64,000 nucleotides of DNA from Acidimicrobiia bacterium (GTDB taxonomy: Bacteria > Actinomycetota > Acidimicrobiia > IMCC26256 > JBMOIW01), in the NCBI GenBank assembly GCA_049317145.1, contig JBMOIW010000001.1:20133-84132 (forward strand), in the 5' to 3' direction. The notes below the pieces were generated by a model, which saw nothing but the letters and a program-made list of their open reading frames with translations, searched no databases and was not told the origin of the DNA. A program made the position numbers and the translations under genes. Position 1 is the first letter of the stretch. Each line of letters starts with the position of its first letter. Below, in pieces: positions 43,099 through 53,784 of this stretch.

Positions 43099-45060
43099 CT
43101 ACTCATCGTGTGCCGGTGCCGCCGAGTCGAGATATTTCGCTTTGATTCCCGCAACCACGTTGGGGTCCGCAAGCGTGGTCGTATCACCAAGGGCTTTGTC
43201 TTCGGCAACATCGCGCAAGAGCCGACGCATAATCTTGCCCGAACGGGTCTTGGGAAGTTCATCAGTGAACAAGATGGACTTGGGTTTCGCAATAGGCCCA
43301 ATACTCTGCGCGACATGGCTACGAAGTTCCTCGACCAGCGCGTCACTTGCCGTGGTTCCGGCGCGCAAGATAACGAACGCAGCGATGGCCTGACCGGTCA
43401 TTGCATCGGCCTTCCCGACAACTGCAGCTTCGGCAACCGCAGGATGCTCGACCAGTGCGGACTCGACTTCGGTCGTCGAGATGTTGTGCCCCGACACCAA
43501 CATGATGTCGTCGACGCGGCCCAGCAACCAGAAATATCCGTCGGCATCGCGCTTCGCACCGTCACCGGCAAAGTACTGCCCCGAAAAGCGCGACCAATAG
43601 GTATCGCGATAACGCTGCGGATCACCCCACACGCCGCGCAGCATGGAAGGCCACGGTTCGGTGAGCGTGAGGAATCCACCCCCCGGTACGCCAACGGGCG
43701 CACCAGCGTCATCAACCACGTTGGCGGAAACTCCGGGAAGGGGGAATGTTGCACTGCCCGGTTTGCATACGGTGGACCCCGGGAGCGGGCTGATCATGAT
43801 CGATCCCGTTTCGGTTTGCCACCACGTATCAACGACTGGGCAACGATTTCCGCCGATGTGTTCGGCGTACCAAATCCACGCCTCAGGGTTGATGGGTTCG
43901 CCCACGCTCCCGAGCAGCCGTAACGACGAAAGATCGTGACGCTCGGGATACTCGGCACCCCACTTCATGAAGGTACGAATGGCGGTCGGCGCGGTGTAGA
44001 GCGTGGTCACTCCGTACTTCTCGATGACTGCCCAGAATCGATCCTTGTCGGGATAGTCCGGTGTGCCCTCGTACAACACGACGGTGGCGCGGTTCGCTAA
44101 CGGTCCATACACCACGTACGAATGACCGGTGACCCAACCGCAGTCGGCGGTGCACCAATACACGTCGGTTTCGGGCCGATGATTGAACACGGCGCGAAAG
44201 GAAAAGGCGACCTGGGTCAGGTAACCGCCGGTGGTGTGCATGATGCCCTTGGGCTTCCCGGTGGTTCCGCTGGTGTACAGGATGTACAGCAAGTCCTCGG
44301 CGTCGCAGTCAACGGCCGGACGTTCGCTCGCCTGTGGTGGCACAAGGTCGTGCCACCACACGTCGCGGCCAACTTCCATCGCAACGTCGTTGTTCGTGCG
44401 CGCGACCACCAGTACGCGTTCAATCGACGTGGTCCCAGTGAGTGCGTCGTCGGCGATCGCTTTGAGCGGAACCACACTGCCGCGCCGCCACGCGCCGTCA
44501 CAGGTCACTAAAACTTTGGCGCCTGCGTCGTGAATCCGATCGCGCAACGCATCAGCCGAGAATCCACCAAACACCACGGAGTGCGCTGCGCCAAGGCGCG
44601 CGCAGGCAAGCATCGTGATCGGCAGCTCGGGCACCATACCCATGTAGATAGCGACGCGATCGCCGCGTTGTACTCCAAGTTCTGCGAGCGCATTCGCTGC
44701 GCGCGATACCTCCGCAAGAAGTTCCGCGTAGGTGATCCGACGCTCGTCGCCGGGCTCCCCTTCCCACAAGAACGCCACCTGTTCTCCGTGACCGGCCAGC
44801 ACATGGCGATCAAGACAGTTGTACGAAGCGTTCAGCCGCCCACCAGCGAACCACTGTGCAAACGGCGGTTCCCATCGCAACACCTCATCCCACGCGCGAC
44901 TCCAGTGCAACCCATGCGCTTGGTCTTCCCAGAATCGCAATCGATCGGCACCAGCATCACTGAACCACTGCGCGTCGCGCGTCGCGGCATCGGGATCAAA
45001 TCCCGTCGGTGGAGCAAACGTACGATCTTCGGCGAGTAACCCTTCGATGGTTTCCGACAT
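43099..45060 (-). CDS. acs: Acetyl-coenzyme A synthetase (AMP-forming)
   Basis: 653 aa with YTSGTTGKPKG, the GWVTGHSY context, and the C-terminal SGKIMRR. Confidence 0.95.
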   Translation of the reverse strand: MSETIEGLLAEDRTFAPPTGFDPDAATRDAQWFSDAGADRLRFWEDQAHGLHWSRAWDEVLRWEPPFAQWFAGGRLNASYNCLDRHVLAGHGEQVAFLWEGEPGDERRITYAELLAEVSRAANALAELGVQRGDRVAIYMGMVPELPITMLACARLGAAHSVVFGGFSADALRDRIHDAGAKVLVTCDGAWRRGSVVPLKAIADDALTGTTSIERVLVVARTNNDVAMEVGRDVWWHDLVPPQASERPAVDCDAEDLLYILYTSGTTGKPKGIMHTTGGYLTQVAFSFRAVFNHRPETDVYWCTADCGWVTGHSYVVYGPLANRATVVLYEGTPDYPDKDRFWAVIEKYGVTTLYTAPTAIRTFMKWGAEYPERHDLSSLRLLGSVGEPINPEAWIWYAEHIGGNRCPVVDTWWQTETGSIMISPLPGSTVCKPGSATFPLPGVSANVVDDAGAPVGVPGGGFLTLTEPWPSMLRGVWGDPQRYRDTYWSRFSGQYFAGDGAKRDADGYFWLLGRVDDIMLVSGHNISTTEVESALVEHPAVAEAAVVGKADAMTGQAIAAFVILRAGTTASDALVEELRSHVAQSIGPIAKPKSILFTDELPKTRSGKIMRRLLRDVAEDKALGDTTTLADPNVVAGIKAKYLDSAAPAHDE

Positions 45061-45121
45061 CTACGACCCCTCACTCGATGCGCCGTTGCACCCTACCCGG
45101 CACATCGCCGTACGTGAGCAG

Positions 45122-46318
45122 CTAGGCGCCGATGCCCGAAAAGGAAACATCGGGCGTGTGCGCCAGCAGCACCCGATAGGCCCCAAGGCCAGTTGGATCT
45201 GTGAGGGCGGCGGCTTCGTGGACTCGGCTGCGCGCCGCAATCGCGGCCAAGTCGCCGACAGATGCGTTCGCACGCCAATACTCCGCCGCTGCGTCAGCCA
45301 GTGTCTCGATTCCCAAGGCGCGCAACCACTCTGCTTGTCGGGGCGCTCCGGCGCTGCGCCACCCGTGTGCTTCTACCGCCGAGTTCCACGCTTCGAGCGG
45401 GACGTCAATCGTGATGTCCTGCGCGCCTGGTGTCTCCAACGGACCGGTGCCTTGGCAATGCGCGCGAAACGTTCGCAACCAAGCGTCCCCTCGATCGAGC
45501 AACGTTTTCGTGGACTCGGCGTAGTCAATGCACGCCACGATGCCGGAGCGAAGACACGCGTGGAGTTCCGACCACAGCGGACGCAACGCGGTGAGGACCG
45601 GAAGGCGCGCGCCGTCGGGGACCGACTGCGGATCGGGGAGCGCGTGGAACGCCGCATCCACCGACGACCAGTCAAGCGGCGTCGGCATCTCGATAAATCC
45701 AGCCCGGGCATCGAACCCGACTCGAATCTCGTTCCAGACACCATCACGCGTCGTTGCAATCCGGAATGGCAAGTTGTCGAGCAACTCATTCGCCAGCACA
45801 ACACCGCGGGCGTGGAGCGCCGGAATGGTATCGACGGCAGTCACGAGCGGCCCGCTCCTCGGAACACTCATGACGGAATGATCCTCATCGAGATCATCAC
45901 GCATCCCCGGGCCGAGTACGAGTTCGGGATCTTCGAGCGACAGCAGTTGCCGTTGCGCTTCGCGAAGGTGGGCGGAGCGCTCGACGAGTACGTAGCGCAA
46001 CGCCGTTGTGCACTGCGGGTTCGCTCGCAACACGCTGCGCGCCAGCACACCGCGCCCCGCACCGATTTCAACAACGAGATACGGATCAGGTTCACCCAGA
46101 ACGCGCCACCACGTATCGAGCGCCCGGGCAATACACGCCCCAAAACACTCGCCGGTCTCGGGGCTCGTCAGAAAGTCGCGACCCGCGCGACCTGCACCGC
46201 CACCACGGGCAAAGAATCCACTGTCCTGGTCGTACAGCGCAGCGGCGACGTACGCGTCGAACGGAATCGGGCCTTCGCGATGAATGCGGTCGCGCAGACG
46301 CGCCGCGAGGTCGCTCAC
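45122..46318 (-). CDS. SAM-dependent methyltransferase, MidA / NDUFAF7 family (COG1565, DUF185)
   Basis: It contains GGAGRAGRDFLTSPETGECFGACIARALDTWW and VVEIGAGRGVLARSVL (SAM motif I). The GTG at 46318 overlaps the nuoN stop (GTGA) and gives 398 aa. The track ORF extension to 46723 lies inside nuoN. Confidence 0.8.
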   Translation of the reverse strand: MSDLAARLRDRIHREGPIPFDAYVAAALYDQDSGFFARGGGAGRAGRDFLTSPETGECFGACIARALDTWWRVLGEPDPYLVVEIGAGRGVLARSVLRANPQCTTALRYVLVERSAHLREAQRQLLSLEDPELVLGPGMRDDLDEDHSVMSVPRSGPLVTAVDTIPALHARGVVLANELLDNLPFRIATTRDGVWNEIRVGFDARAGFIEMPTPLDWSSVDAAFHALPDPQSVPDGARLPVLTALRPLWSELHACLRSGIVACIDYAESTKTLLDRGDAWLRTFRAHCQGTGPLETPGAQDITIDVPLEAWNSAVEAHGWRSAGAPRQAEWLRALGIETLADAAAEYWRANASVGDLAAIAARSRVHEAAALTDPTGLGAYRVLLAHTPDVSFSGIGA

Positions 46319-47841
46319 AGCACGCGAGTGACGACTTGCGCAGCCATATCGCCCAGCTTGGCAACCGCTTGGGGATACACGCCGAAGACCACAGTTGCAA
46401 TCGCGCACACGCCGATGACGGCGGCGAGGGCAGGTGGGGTGTTGGTCCGCAAGGTTGGCCGCGTTTTCACCGCAACGCCACCGTTTCCGTCCGCTGTTTC
46501 GGCGGCCGCTGGCGCTTCGTCGAACCACATGCGGCGAGCAACTGCGGAGTAGTACACGAACGCGATAACGGTGTTGATGACCACGACCACACCCAGTACG
46601 TATGCCCACGGGGTGTCCGCCTCGACCACCGCGCGCAGGACCACAAACTTGGCAAACCATCCGGCCAACGGAGGAATCCCGGCAAGCGAGAACAAGAACA
46701 GCGACATCGCGATGGCCAGCCACGATCCGGTCTTCCCGAGTCCAGCGTAACTCGAGATCTCGCCCGAGCCGGTACGGCGCGCGACCGCCATAACCACCGC
46801 AAATGCTCCAAGGTTCATCACGGCATAGATCAGCAAGTACGTCACGACCGCACCGAACGCCGATCGCGAAGCGTTACCTTCTGCGGCAATTGCCAACGGC
46901 GCCAAGATGAATCCGCCCTGGGCAACCGACGAGTACGCCAGCATGCGCACGACGTTGGTTTGCCGAAGCGCCGTTAGGTTGCCAACGAACATCGAAGCCG
47001 CTGCCAGGAACCAAACCACCGGCTGCCACACTTCGCTCGCCGGAAAGAACCCGAAGTAGATTATGGTGAGCAGCGCTACGAACCCGCCCGCCTTTGAGGC
47101 AACCGACAGGAAGGCCGTGACGGGGGTGGGCGCACCTTCGTAGGTGTCGGGTGCCCAGAAGTGGAACGGCACCGCGCTCACCTTGAATGCAAAACCCACC
47201 AAGGTGAGGAACACTGCGACCAACGCCAACGGGGAAAGCGGCGTGCGCATCATCCACTCGGCGATCGACGAGAGCATTGTCGTTCCCGATAGACCGAAGA
47301 TGTACGACATACCGAACAGCATCACTGCCGAGGACATAACGCCGATGAGGTAGTACTTCATTGCGGCTTCGTTGCTCTTGGGATCGTGCTTTCGCCAGCC
47401 GGCAAGCACAAACGTCGGCAACGAGATCAACTCAAGGGCCACGAAGACCGAGATGAGATCACGGGCCGACGCCATGACCACCAGGCCCAGCACCGCAGCA
47501 ACCAGCAAGAACCAGTACTCGCCCTGGTAATAGTCGCCTTCGGTGATGTAGTCCGCCGACATCAATAACGCGAGATACGCAACGACAATAAAGAACCCTT
47601 TGAAGACCAGGGCATAGTTGTCGATAACGAAGGCGCCGTCGAAGAGCACTCGGGTCGGTTGATCCGAGAGCGCCAGCGAGAGCACCGGCACGAGCGCAGC
47701 AAGAACTACGAACGGCGCGAGACGCGCGGTCTGCCACCGTTGCCGTTCGGGCGCGAGCAGGTCGGCGACCAGCAGCACCACGAGACCGACCGTCAGAACG
47801 ATCTCGGGTGCAAGCGCGTGCAGGTCGACGGAAGGGTTCAT
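46315..47841 (-). CDS. nuoN: NADH-quinone oxidoreductase subunit N (11-gene operon)
   Basis: About 508-aa polytopic antiporter-like subunit. The ATG at 47841 overlaps the nuoM stop (ATGA). It is last in the nuo gene order. Confidence 0.9.
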   Translation of the reverse strand: MNPSVDLHALAPEIVLTVGLVVLLVADLLAPERQRWQTARLAPFVVLAALVPVLSLALSDQPTRVLFDGAFVIDNYALVFKGFFIVVAYLALLMSADYITEGDYYQGEYWFLLVAAVLGLVVMASARDLISVFVALELISLPTFVLAGWRKHDPKSNEAAMKYYLIGVMSSAVMLFGMSYIFGLSGTTMLSSIAEWMMRTPLSPLALVAVFLTLVGFAFKVSAVPFHFWAPDTYEGAPTPVTAFLSVASKAGGFVALLTIIYFGFFPASEVWQPVVWFLAAASMFVGNLTALRQTNVVRMLAYSSVAQGGFILAPLAIAAEGNASRSAFGAVVTYLLIYAVMNLGAFAVVMAVARRTGSGEISSYAGLGKTGSWLAIAMSLFLFSLAGIPPLAGWFAKFVVLRAVVEADTPWAYVLGVVVVINTVIAFVYYSAVARRMWFDEAPAAAETADGNGGVAVKTRPTLRTNTPPALAAVIGVCAIATVVFGVYPQAVAKLGDMAAQVVTRVL

Positions 47842-49418
47842 CGTGCCGATGCCTCCTGCGCACCACTCGGGCACTGCGGGACTGCGTCCGCCGGAACTTC
47901 AATGGCCTTCGCGATGCCTGCGGTCGACGAGCACACAGCCGGATTCGAAATATTGAACAACAGACTTGGAAACACACCGAAGACCACGATCAGCGCGAGG
48001 AGCGGAACCCACGCAATCCATTCCGGTCCGTGTACGTCGTGGATGTGCGCGTGCTCGAACTCGGCCTTCGGGTTTCCGAACGCAACACGCTGCAGCATCC
48101 AGAGTAGATACCCGGCGGCCAGCACTGTTCCGACCGCAGCAACGACCATGAATGTTCGGAATGCAGTTTGCGAAATGCCGGCCATGGGGTCGTAGGCCGC
48201 AAGAATCGCAGGGAACTCTCCCCAGAACCCGGCGAGTCCGGGCAACCCGAGCGAGGCCATCGCACAGAACCCGAGGATCCACCCAAGGTGCGGCGCTTGC
48301 TTCATGACGCCGCCGAGGCGACCCATGTCACGAGTTTCGTACCGCTCCGCGATCGATCCGGCGAGGAAAAAGAGCATGCCGGTGATGAGACCGTGAGCAA
48401 CCATTCCAAAAATTGCGGCGTTGATTCCGATCACCGTGAGCGTCGCGATGCCCAGCATGACAAAGCCCATGTGCGCAACTGACGAGAACGCGATGAGTCG
48501 CTTCATATCTTTTTGTGCAAGGCAACAGAGCGCTCCGTAGATGATGCCAATCACTGCAAGGAGCGCTATCCACGGTGCGTAGGCCTTGGCTGCATTGGGC
48601 AAGATCGGCAACGCGATTCGAATAAAGCCGAAAGTTCCGAGCTTCAGCAAGACCGCTGCCAGGATGACGGAGCCTACGGTCGGTGCTTCCGTGTGGGCGT
48701 CGGGCAACCAGGTGTGGAACGGGAACATCGGCACCTTGATTGCGAACCCAAGCGCCAAACCACCGAAGATCAACAACTCCGCCATGTGCGAGAGGCCGAC
48801 GCCGTGCTTTGCGACCAACGTCGGAATGTCGAACGTATTGAACTGCCAGTAGAGCGCCAAGAAACCGATGAGCATGAGCGCCGAACCGAACAGCGTGAAC
48901 AAGAAGAACTTGATCGACGCGTATTTGCGGTTGGGTCCACCCCAGACGCCGATCATGAAGAACATCGGCAACAACACGATCTCGAAGAAGATGAAGAACA
49001 AGATGAGGTCTTGGGCTACGAAGGTCCCGTTCATCCCGACCTCGAGCAACAAGATCAGCCCAAGAAATGCTTTCGGATTGTGCGGCTCGGGGAAGTGGTT
49101 CCACGAGTAGATGATCGCCAAAATCGTGATGAACATCGAGAGGATGAGCAACGGCAGCGCGATCCCATCGACACCGAGGTGGAATCGGCTGTTGATGACC
49201 GGGATCCACTCTTTGTCGACGTGGAACTGCAATGCGCTCGACGAGTAGTTGAACCGGAACAGCAGCGCGATCCCAACACCGAACGTGATGAGCGTGCTGA
49301 TCAGCGCGACTGCCTTGGTACCCGTCTCGTCCGCTTTCGGCCACAGCATGACCGCGACAAAACCGAGCAACGGCAAGAACACCGCCAGCGGAAGTGCCCA
49401 GTGATCGAACCAGTTCAT
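47838..49418 (-). CDS. nuoM: NADH-quinone oxidoreductase subunit M (11-gene operon)
   Basis: 526 aa with the antiporter-like motif PMFPFHTWLPDAHTEAPT. Confidence 0.92.
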   Translation of the reverse strand: MNWFDHWALPLAVFLPLLGFVAVMLWPKADETGTKAVALISTLITFGVGIALLFRFNYSSSALQFHVDKEWIPVINSRFHLGVDGIALPLLILSMFITILAIIYSWNHFPEPHNPKAFLGLILLLEVGMNGTFVAQDLILFFIFFEIVLLPMFFMIGVWGGPNRKYASIKFFLFTLFGSALMLIGFLALYWQFNTFDIPTLVAKHGVGLSHMAELLIFGGLALGFAIKVPMFPFHTWLPDAHTEAPTVGSVILAAVLLKLGTFGFIRIALPILPNAAKAYAPWIALLAVIGIIYGALCCLAQKDMKRLIAFSSVAHMGFVMLGIATLTVIGINAAIFGMVAHGLITGMLFFLAGSIAERYETRDMGRLGGVMKQAPHLGWILGFCAMASLGLPGLAGFWGEFPAILAAYDPMAGISQTAFRTFMVVAAVGTVLAAGYLLWMLQRVAFGNPKAEFEHAHIHDVHGPEWIAWVPLLALIVVFGVFPSLLFNISNPAVCSSTAGIAKAIEVPADAVPQCPSGAQEASAR

Positions 49419-49433
49419 TCGGAGATCCCCTCG

Positions 49434-51473
49434 CTATCCGTACAGCGCCACTGCCAAGCTGATGAGCCCGACAGCAAAGAACAACATGAGTGCGTACCAC
49501 TGCACTCGTCCGGTTTGCAGGCGGCGCAGCACGCCACCAAATCCACCCGCCCCCGTGGCCAGGCCATTCACCACACCATCCACGCCTTCTTGATCCACCA
49601 CGTCGTACGCGAACCGACCGAGGGCAACGGAAGCCTTGCCCACACCGTTTGGTACTGCATCGATGACGTTTTGGTTGATCCAGTACGACAACCGAGCGAT
49701 CGGGCCCTTGATCCCGCCCACAATGACTCCGGTGTACAGCGCATCGAGGTAGTACTTGTTCTCGAGGAATGTGTACCCGGCTCGAGCGACCGCATTGCGC
49801 TGCGTGAGCCCATGCGGACCCAAGTTGCGCCAGTAGTAGAGGTACATCAGCCCGATCGCCGTTGCGCCTACGACCAATGCCACTGCGGGCAGCCAGAGCT
49901 CGAAGTGCGGGTGCACTAATTCGGGGAACGCTGCGACCATTTTGCCGTTAAGGTCGACTTCGCTTAAGGGCTCGATCCAGTCACCGAACTTCTCGAAGTG
50001 AATGAAGGTCGCCTGCAACCAACCAGCAAAGACCGAGAAGAACGCAAGGATCCAAAGCGGGATCGTTATGGCCTTCTCCGACTCGTGCGGGTGGTGGTGT
50101 CCACGGTATTCACCGAAGAACGTGAGATACACACACCGCGTCATGTAGGCCGCAGTGAGAAATGCGCCGACGAGACCCACGATCATGAACATCTCGTAGC
50201 CACCTTGTCCCGCGGTGGCCAGGATTTCGTCTTTGGAAAAGAACCCGGCGAACGGGAAGATCCCGATCAACGCTGCAGTACCGATCATGAATGTCCAGAA
50301 CGTCTGCGGCATGTATTTGCGCAACCCGCCCATATCTTTTTTCATGTCGAAACTGTGATGCGAACCGGAGTGGCTCACCGACCCAGCGCCAAGGAACAGC
50401 AAGGCCTTAAAGAACGCGTGGGTGAAGAGATGGAACAGTGCCGGCAACCACGCGCCCACACCCATCGCGAGCACCATGTAGCCGAGCTGACTGATAGTGC
50501 TGTAGGCCAACACCTTTTTGATGTCGGACTGCACGAACGCAAGGAGCGCACCAATCACGATGGTGATGGCACCGATGATCGCGATGGCGTTCATCCCGCC
50601 GTTTTCGATGTTGAAACCTGACCAAAACACGCCATAGATCCGAGCGAGCAAGTACACACCAGCAACCACCATGGTGGCGGCATGAATTAGCGCGGAAACC
50701 GGAGTCGGACCGGCCATGGCGTCCGGCAACCAGGTGTGCAGCGGGAACTGACCACTCTTGCCAATCACGCCGATAAACAATGCGGACGCGCACACCAGCA
50801 CGAGGGTATGACTTGCTTCCGGGGACAGTGCAGCCGCGTTGACCTGTTGAATCCCGAAGGAGAACGTGCCGGTGACCGCTTGCACCAAGAAGCCAGTCAG
50901 AATAACCCCGATCAACAGCCCGATGTCCCCGGTGCGCGTCGTGAAAAACGCCTTGAGCGCTGCGTTCGTGTTGGGCTGTTCTTCCCACCAGTGTCCGATC
51001 AGCATGAACGAGCACAACCCGACGAGTTCCCAGCCGACCATGAGCATCAAGGTGTTGTCGGCCACCACCAGCAACAGCATCGAGGCAGTGAACAAACTCA
51101 ATGCTGCGTAGTAGTGCGTGTAGCGGACATCACCTTTCATGTACGCCGTGGAGTAGACGTGCACCAGCAACGAGATCAGGGTGACGACAAAGAGCATCAT
51201 CACGGCCAGACCGTCGATCTGAATGCCGACGCTGAGCTTGATGATTCCGGAGGTGAACCACGTCGTGGAGTGGACAATCGCCGACGGGTGCGCCTCCGAG
51301 GACTCCACCCGTTGGATCCACGCGACAGCGGTCCAACACGCCAGGACAAAGGAGCTACCGACAGCAAGAATGCCGAGCTCGCTGCCCTTCTTGGGCATGC
51401 GCTTTCCGAAGAACAAGATAAGCGCGTACGAAACGGCCGGGATGACGGGAATGACCCACGCGTAGTCGAGCAT
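49434..51473 (-). CDS. nuoL: NADH-quinone oxidoreductase subunit L (11-gene operon)
   Basis: 679 aa containing GQFPLHTWLPDAMAGPTPVSALIHAATMV, plus a long C-terminal extension typical of NuoL. Confidence 0.93.
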   Translation of the reverse strand: MLDYAWVIPVIPAVSYALILFFGKRMPKKGSELGILAVGSSFVLACWTAVAWIQRVESSEAHPSAIVHSTTWFTSGIIKLSVGIQIDGLAVMMLFVVTLISLLVHVYSTAYMKGDVRYTHYYAALSLFTASMLLLVVADNTLMLMVGWELVGLCSFMLIGHWWEEQPNTNAALKAFFTTRTGDIGLLIGVILTGFLVQAVTGTFSFGIQQVNAAALSPEASHTLVLVCASALFIGVIGKSGQFPLHTWLPDAMAGPTPVSALIHAATMVVAGVYLLARIYGVFWSGFNIENGGMNAIAIIGAITIVIGALLAFVQSDIKKVLAYSTISQLGYMVLAMGVGAWLPALFHLFTHAFFKALLFLGAGSVSHSGSHHSFDMKKDMGGLRKYMPQTFWTFMIGTAALIGIFPFAGFFSKDEILATAGQGGYEMFMIVGLVGAFLTAAYMTRCVYLTFFGEYRGHHHPHESEKAITIPLWILAFFSVFAGWLQATFIHFEKFGDWIEPLSEVDLNGKMVAAFPELVHPHFELWLPAVALVVGATAIGLMYLYYWRNLGPHGLTQRNAVARAGYTFLENKYYLDALYTGVIVGGIKGPIARLSYWINQNVIDAVPNGVGKASVALGRFAYDVVDQEGVDGVVNGLATGAGGFGGVLRRLQTGRVQWYALMLFFAVGLISLAVALYG

Positions 51474-51476
51474 GCG

Positions 51477-51776
51477 TCAGCCCTTCAGTTGGTCGGCCCG
51501 ACCAAGGTCGGGGGTACGGAGGTTGCGGTACAGCAGCAACACGATGGCAAGACCAACCCCGACTTCGGCAGCCGCGATCGTGATGACAAAGAGCGCGAAG
51601 ACCTGTCCGGCTACCGCGTTGTTGTATGCCGAGAATGCGATCAAGTTGAGGTTGACCGCGTTCAGCATCAGCTCGATGCTGATGAGCACAAGCACACCAT
51701 TACGGCGGGCAAGCACGCCATAGATGCCACAGCAGAACAAAAACGCCGCCAGGATCAGGAGGTAATTGAGATACAT
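51477..51776 (-). CDS. nuoK: NADH-quinone oxidoreductase subunit K (11-gene operon)
   Basis: 99 aa with three transmembrane helices, containing [17 protein letters not shown]. Confidence 0.93.
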   Translation of the reverse strand: MYLNYLLILAAFLFCCGIYGVLARRNGVLVLISIELMLNAVNLNLIAFSAYNNAVAGQVFALFVITIAAAEVGVGLAIVLLLYRNLRTPDLGRADQLKG

Positions 51777-52279
51777 CAGTCTCTCCGGGCCAGCACGACG
51801 GCTCCTACCAACGCAGCGAGGAGAAGGATCGAAACTACTTCGAACGGCAGTACGTAGCTGCGAAAGACACTGCCGCCCACGGTGGCGGCGTTACCGACGT
51901 TGAGCAACGAATCGTTGAGTGCAATCTTCTTGGCTCCAAACGCATGAATCGTGAGCGCAGAAAAGATTGCGAACACGAAGACGCCCGCCAAGAAGGCCGG
52001 CCAGCGCCGCGGGTAGTCGACGTCCCCCGCAGCCCGCATCGGTGCACGCGTGAGCATGATTCCGAACAAAAAGAGCACCACGACCGCGCCGATATAGACA
52101 ATGACCTGCACCCAAGCGACGAACTCAGCGGCAAGCAGCAAAAACTGGGCCGCTGAACCGGCAAGCACCGCCACGAGGTACAGCGCGGCGTGCACAACGT
52201 TCTGCGAGCGCACCACACCAATGGCAGCGCCGGCCATGGCGACGGCAATGATCCAGAAGGCGACCTGTTGCGCGATCAC
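51776..52279 (-). CDS. nuoJ: NADH-quinone oxidoreductase subunit J (11-gene operon)
   Basis: 167-aa membrane protein containing [40 protein letters not shown]. Confidence 0.9.
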   Translation of the reverse strand: MIAQQVAFWIIAVAMAGAAIGVVRSQNVVHAALYLVAVLAGSAAQFLLLAAEFVAWVQVIVYIGAVVVLFLFGIMLTRAPMRAAGDVDYPRRWPAFLAGVFVFAIFSALTIHAFGAKKIALNDSLLNVGNAATVGGSVFRSYVLPFEVVSILLLAALVGAVVLARRD

Positions 52280-52759
52280 CTACTTTTTTCCTTTCACTTC
52301 GGCCCCCACTTCGAGGGGTTCCGGTACCGGGACGGTTTCCATCCACTCGCCTAAACGATCCATGTTGTGGAGCAGGTCCGCGATACGTGGCTCGGAATAC
52401 TCGTATTCGGGGCTCCAGAACAGCGCATCGAATGGGCAGACCTCGACACAGATACCGCAATACATGCACAGGGCGTAGTCGATGTCGAAACGATCGAGAA
52501 TGCTGACCGTGCGCTCCCGTCCACCTTCGCGACGGGGCGGACGCTTTTCTTTGTGCCCCTCGATGTAGATGCACCAGTCGGGACAACTACGTGAACACAA
52601 CATGCACGCCGTACAGTTTTCTTCTTTGAGCGCGATAACGCCGCGCGCACGCGTCGGCGGCGCTTCTTTCTCGTGCGGATATTGCACGGTGACTGCGCCT
52701 TTCAGCATCGTTTTAAACGTGACGCCGAGGCCACCGATGAGTCCGGGAAGCTTTGCCAT
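52280..52759 (-). CDS. nuoI: NADH-quinone oxidoreductase subunit I (11-gene operon)
   Basis: The internal ATG at 52759 gives 159 aa with two 4Fe-4S motifs ([12 protein letters not shown] and [12 protein letters not shown]). The track extension overlaps nuoH. Confidence 0.92.
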   Translation of the reverse strand: MAKLPGLIGGLGVTFKTMLKGAVTVQYPHEKEAPPTRARGVIALKEENCTACMLCSRSCPDWCIYIEGHKEKRPPRREGGRERTVSILDRFDIDYALCMYCGICVEVCPFDALFWSPEYEYSEPRIADLLHNMDRLGEWMETVPVPEPLEVGAEVKGKK

Positions 52760-53784
52760 CAGACGAGCACCTTGAACAAGCCGGTCACCAAGATATTGAT
52801 GAGCGCGAGCGGGATAAGCACTTTCCAGGCCAACGCTTGGAGTTGGTCTTCCCGAAGCCGTGGATAGGTGAAGCGCACCCAGAAGATCAGGAACGCCACC
52901 AACATCAACTTCGCAAACAACACAATCGGTCCGAGCCAGTTGGCCAAGTCGCCGTGCACCCACGGTACAGACCAACCGCCCAGGTAGAGGGTCGCCGCAA
53001 TAGCAGCAAACGCGAACGCGGTTCCGAATTCGCCGATGAAGAAGAACAGGAATCGAAAACCGGTGTACTCCACCATGTAGCCGGCGACGAGCTCGCTTTC
53101 GGCGACTGGCATGTCGAACGGAGTCTGCGTGAGTTCGGCCTGGGCCGCGATCAAAAAGATCAAGAAGCCAAGGATCTGCGTGAGGATGAACGGGTTACCG
53201 ATCCCGCCCCAACCGAAAATGCTTCCGTTTTGCTGCGCCAGCACGATCTGTTGCAAGTTCAGCGAACCCGCCTGGATCGCGACAGCGACGACCGCCAGCA
53301 GGAGCGGAAGTTCGTAGGCAATGAGCTGCGCCGCGGCGCGGATCGAGCCGAGGAGCGCGAACTTGTTGGCACTTGCCCAGCCCGCCATCAAGACGCCGAT
53401 GACGGAGAGGCTCGACACGGCCAACGCATAGAAAATGCCAACGTCAAGATTCGCGACAACGAGGTCCGGGCCCACCGGAATGACGACAAAGATCAGGAAC
53501 GTCGAAATCACCACGACGGCCGGTGCAAGCGCAAACACGCGCCGATCTGCCTTGGCCGGGATGATGTCTTCTTTTTGGACGAACTTCAGTCCGTCGCCAA
53601 TGAGCTGGTACCAACCGTGGAATCCACCCGGGTCCATCGGACCGAGTCGGCTCTGCATGTGGCTCATCATCTTGAGCAAAAAGACGTAGCCGAGGATGAG
53701 CGCGCCGGCCGGAATGATCGCCAGGATCACGACCGTCTTAATACCGAGCAGCGCGCCCCACGGAAGACTGGTTGCCAAGATCAT
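52759..53784 (-). CDS. nuoH: NADH-quinone oxidoreductase subunit H (11-gene operon)
   Basis: 341 aa containing [24 protein letters not shown] and [23 protein letters not shown]. Confidence 0.93.
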   Translation of the reverse strand: MILATSLPWGALLGIKTVVILAIIPAGALILGYVFLLKMMSHMQSRLGPMDPGGFHGWYQLIGDGLKFVQKEDIIPAKADRRVFALAPAVVVISTFLIFVVIPVGPDLVVANLDVGIFYALAVSSLSVIGVLMAGWASANKFALLGSIRAAAQLIAYELPLLLAVVAVAIQAGSLNLQQIVLAQQNGSIFGWGGIGNPFILTQILGFLIFLIAAQAELTQTPFDMPVAESELVAGYMVEYTGFRFLFFFIGEFGTAFAFAAIAATLYLGGWSVPWVHGDLANWLGPIVLFAKLMLVAFLIFWVRFTYPRLREDQLQALAWKVLIPLALINILVTGLFKVLV

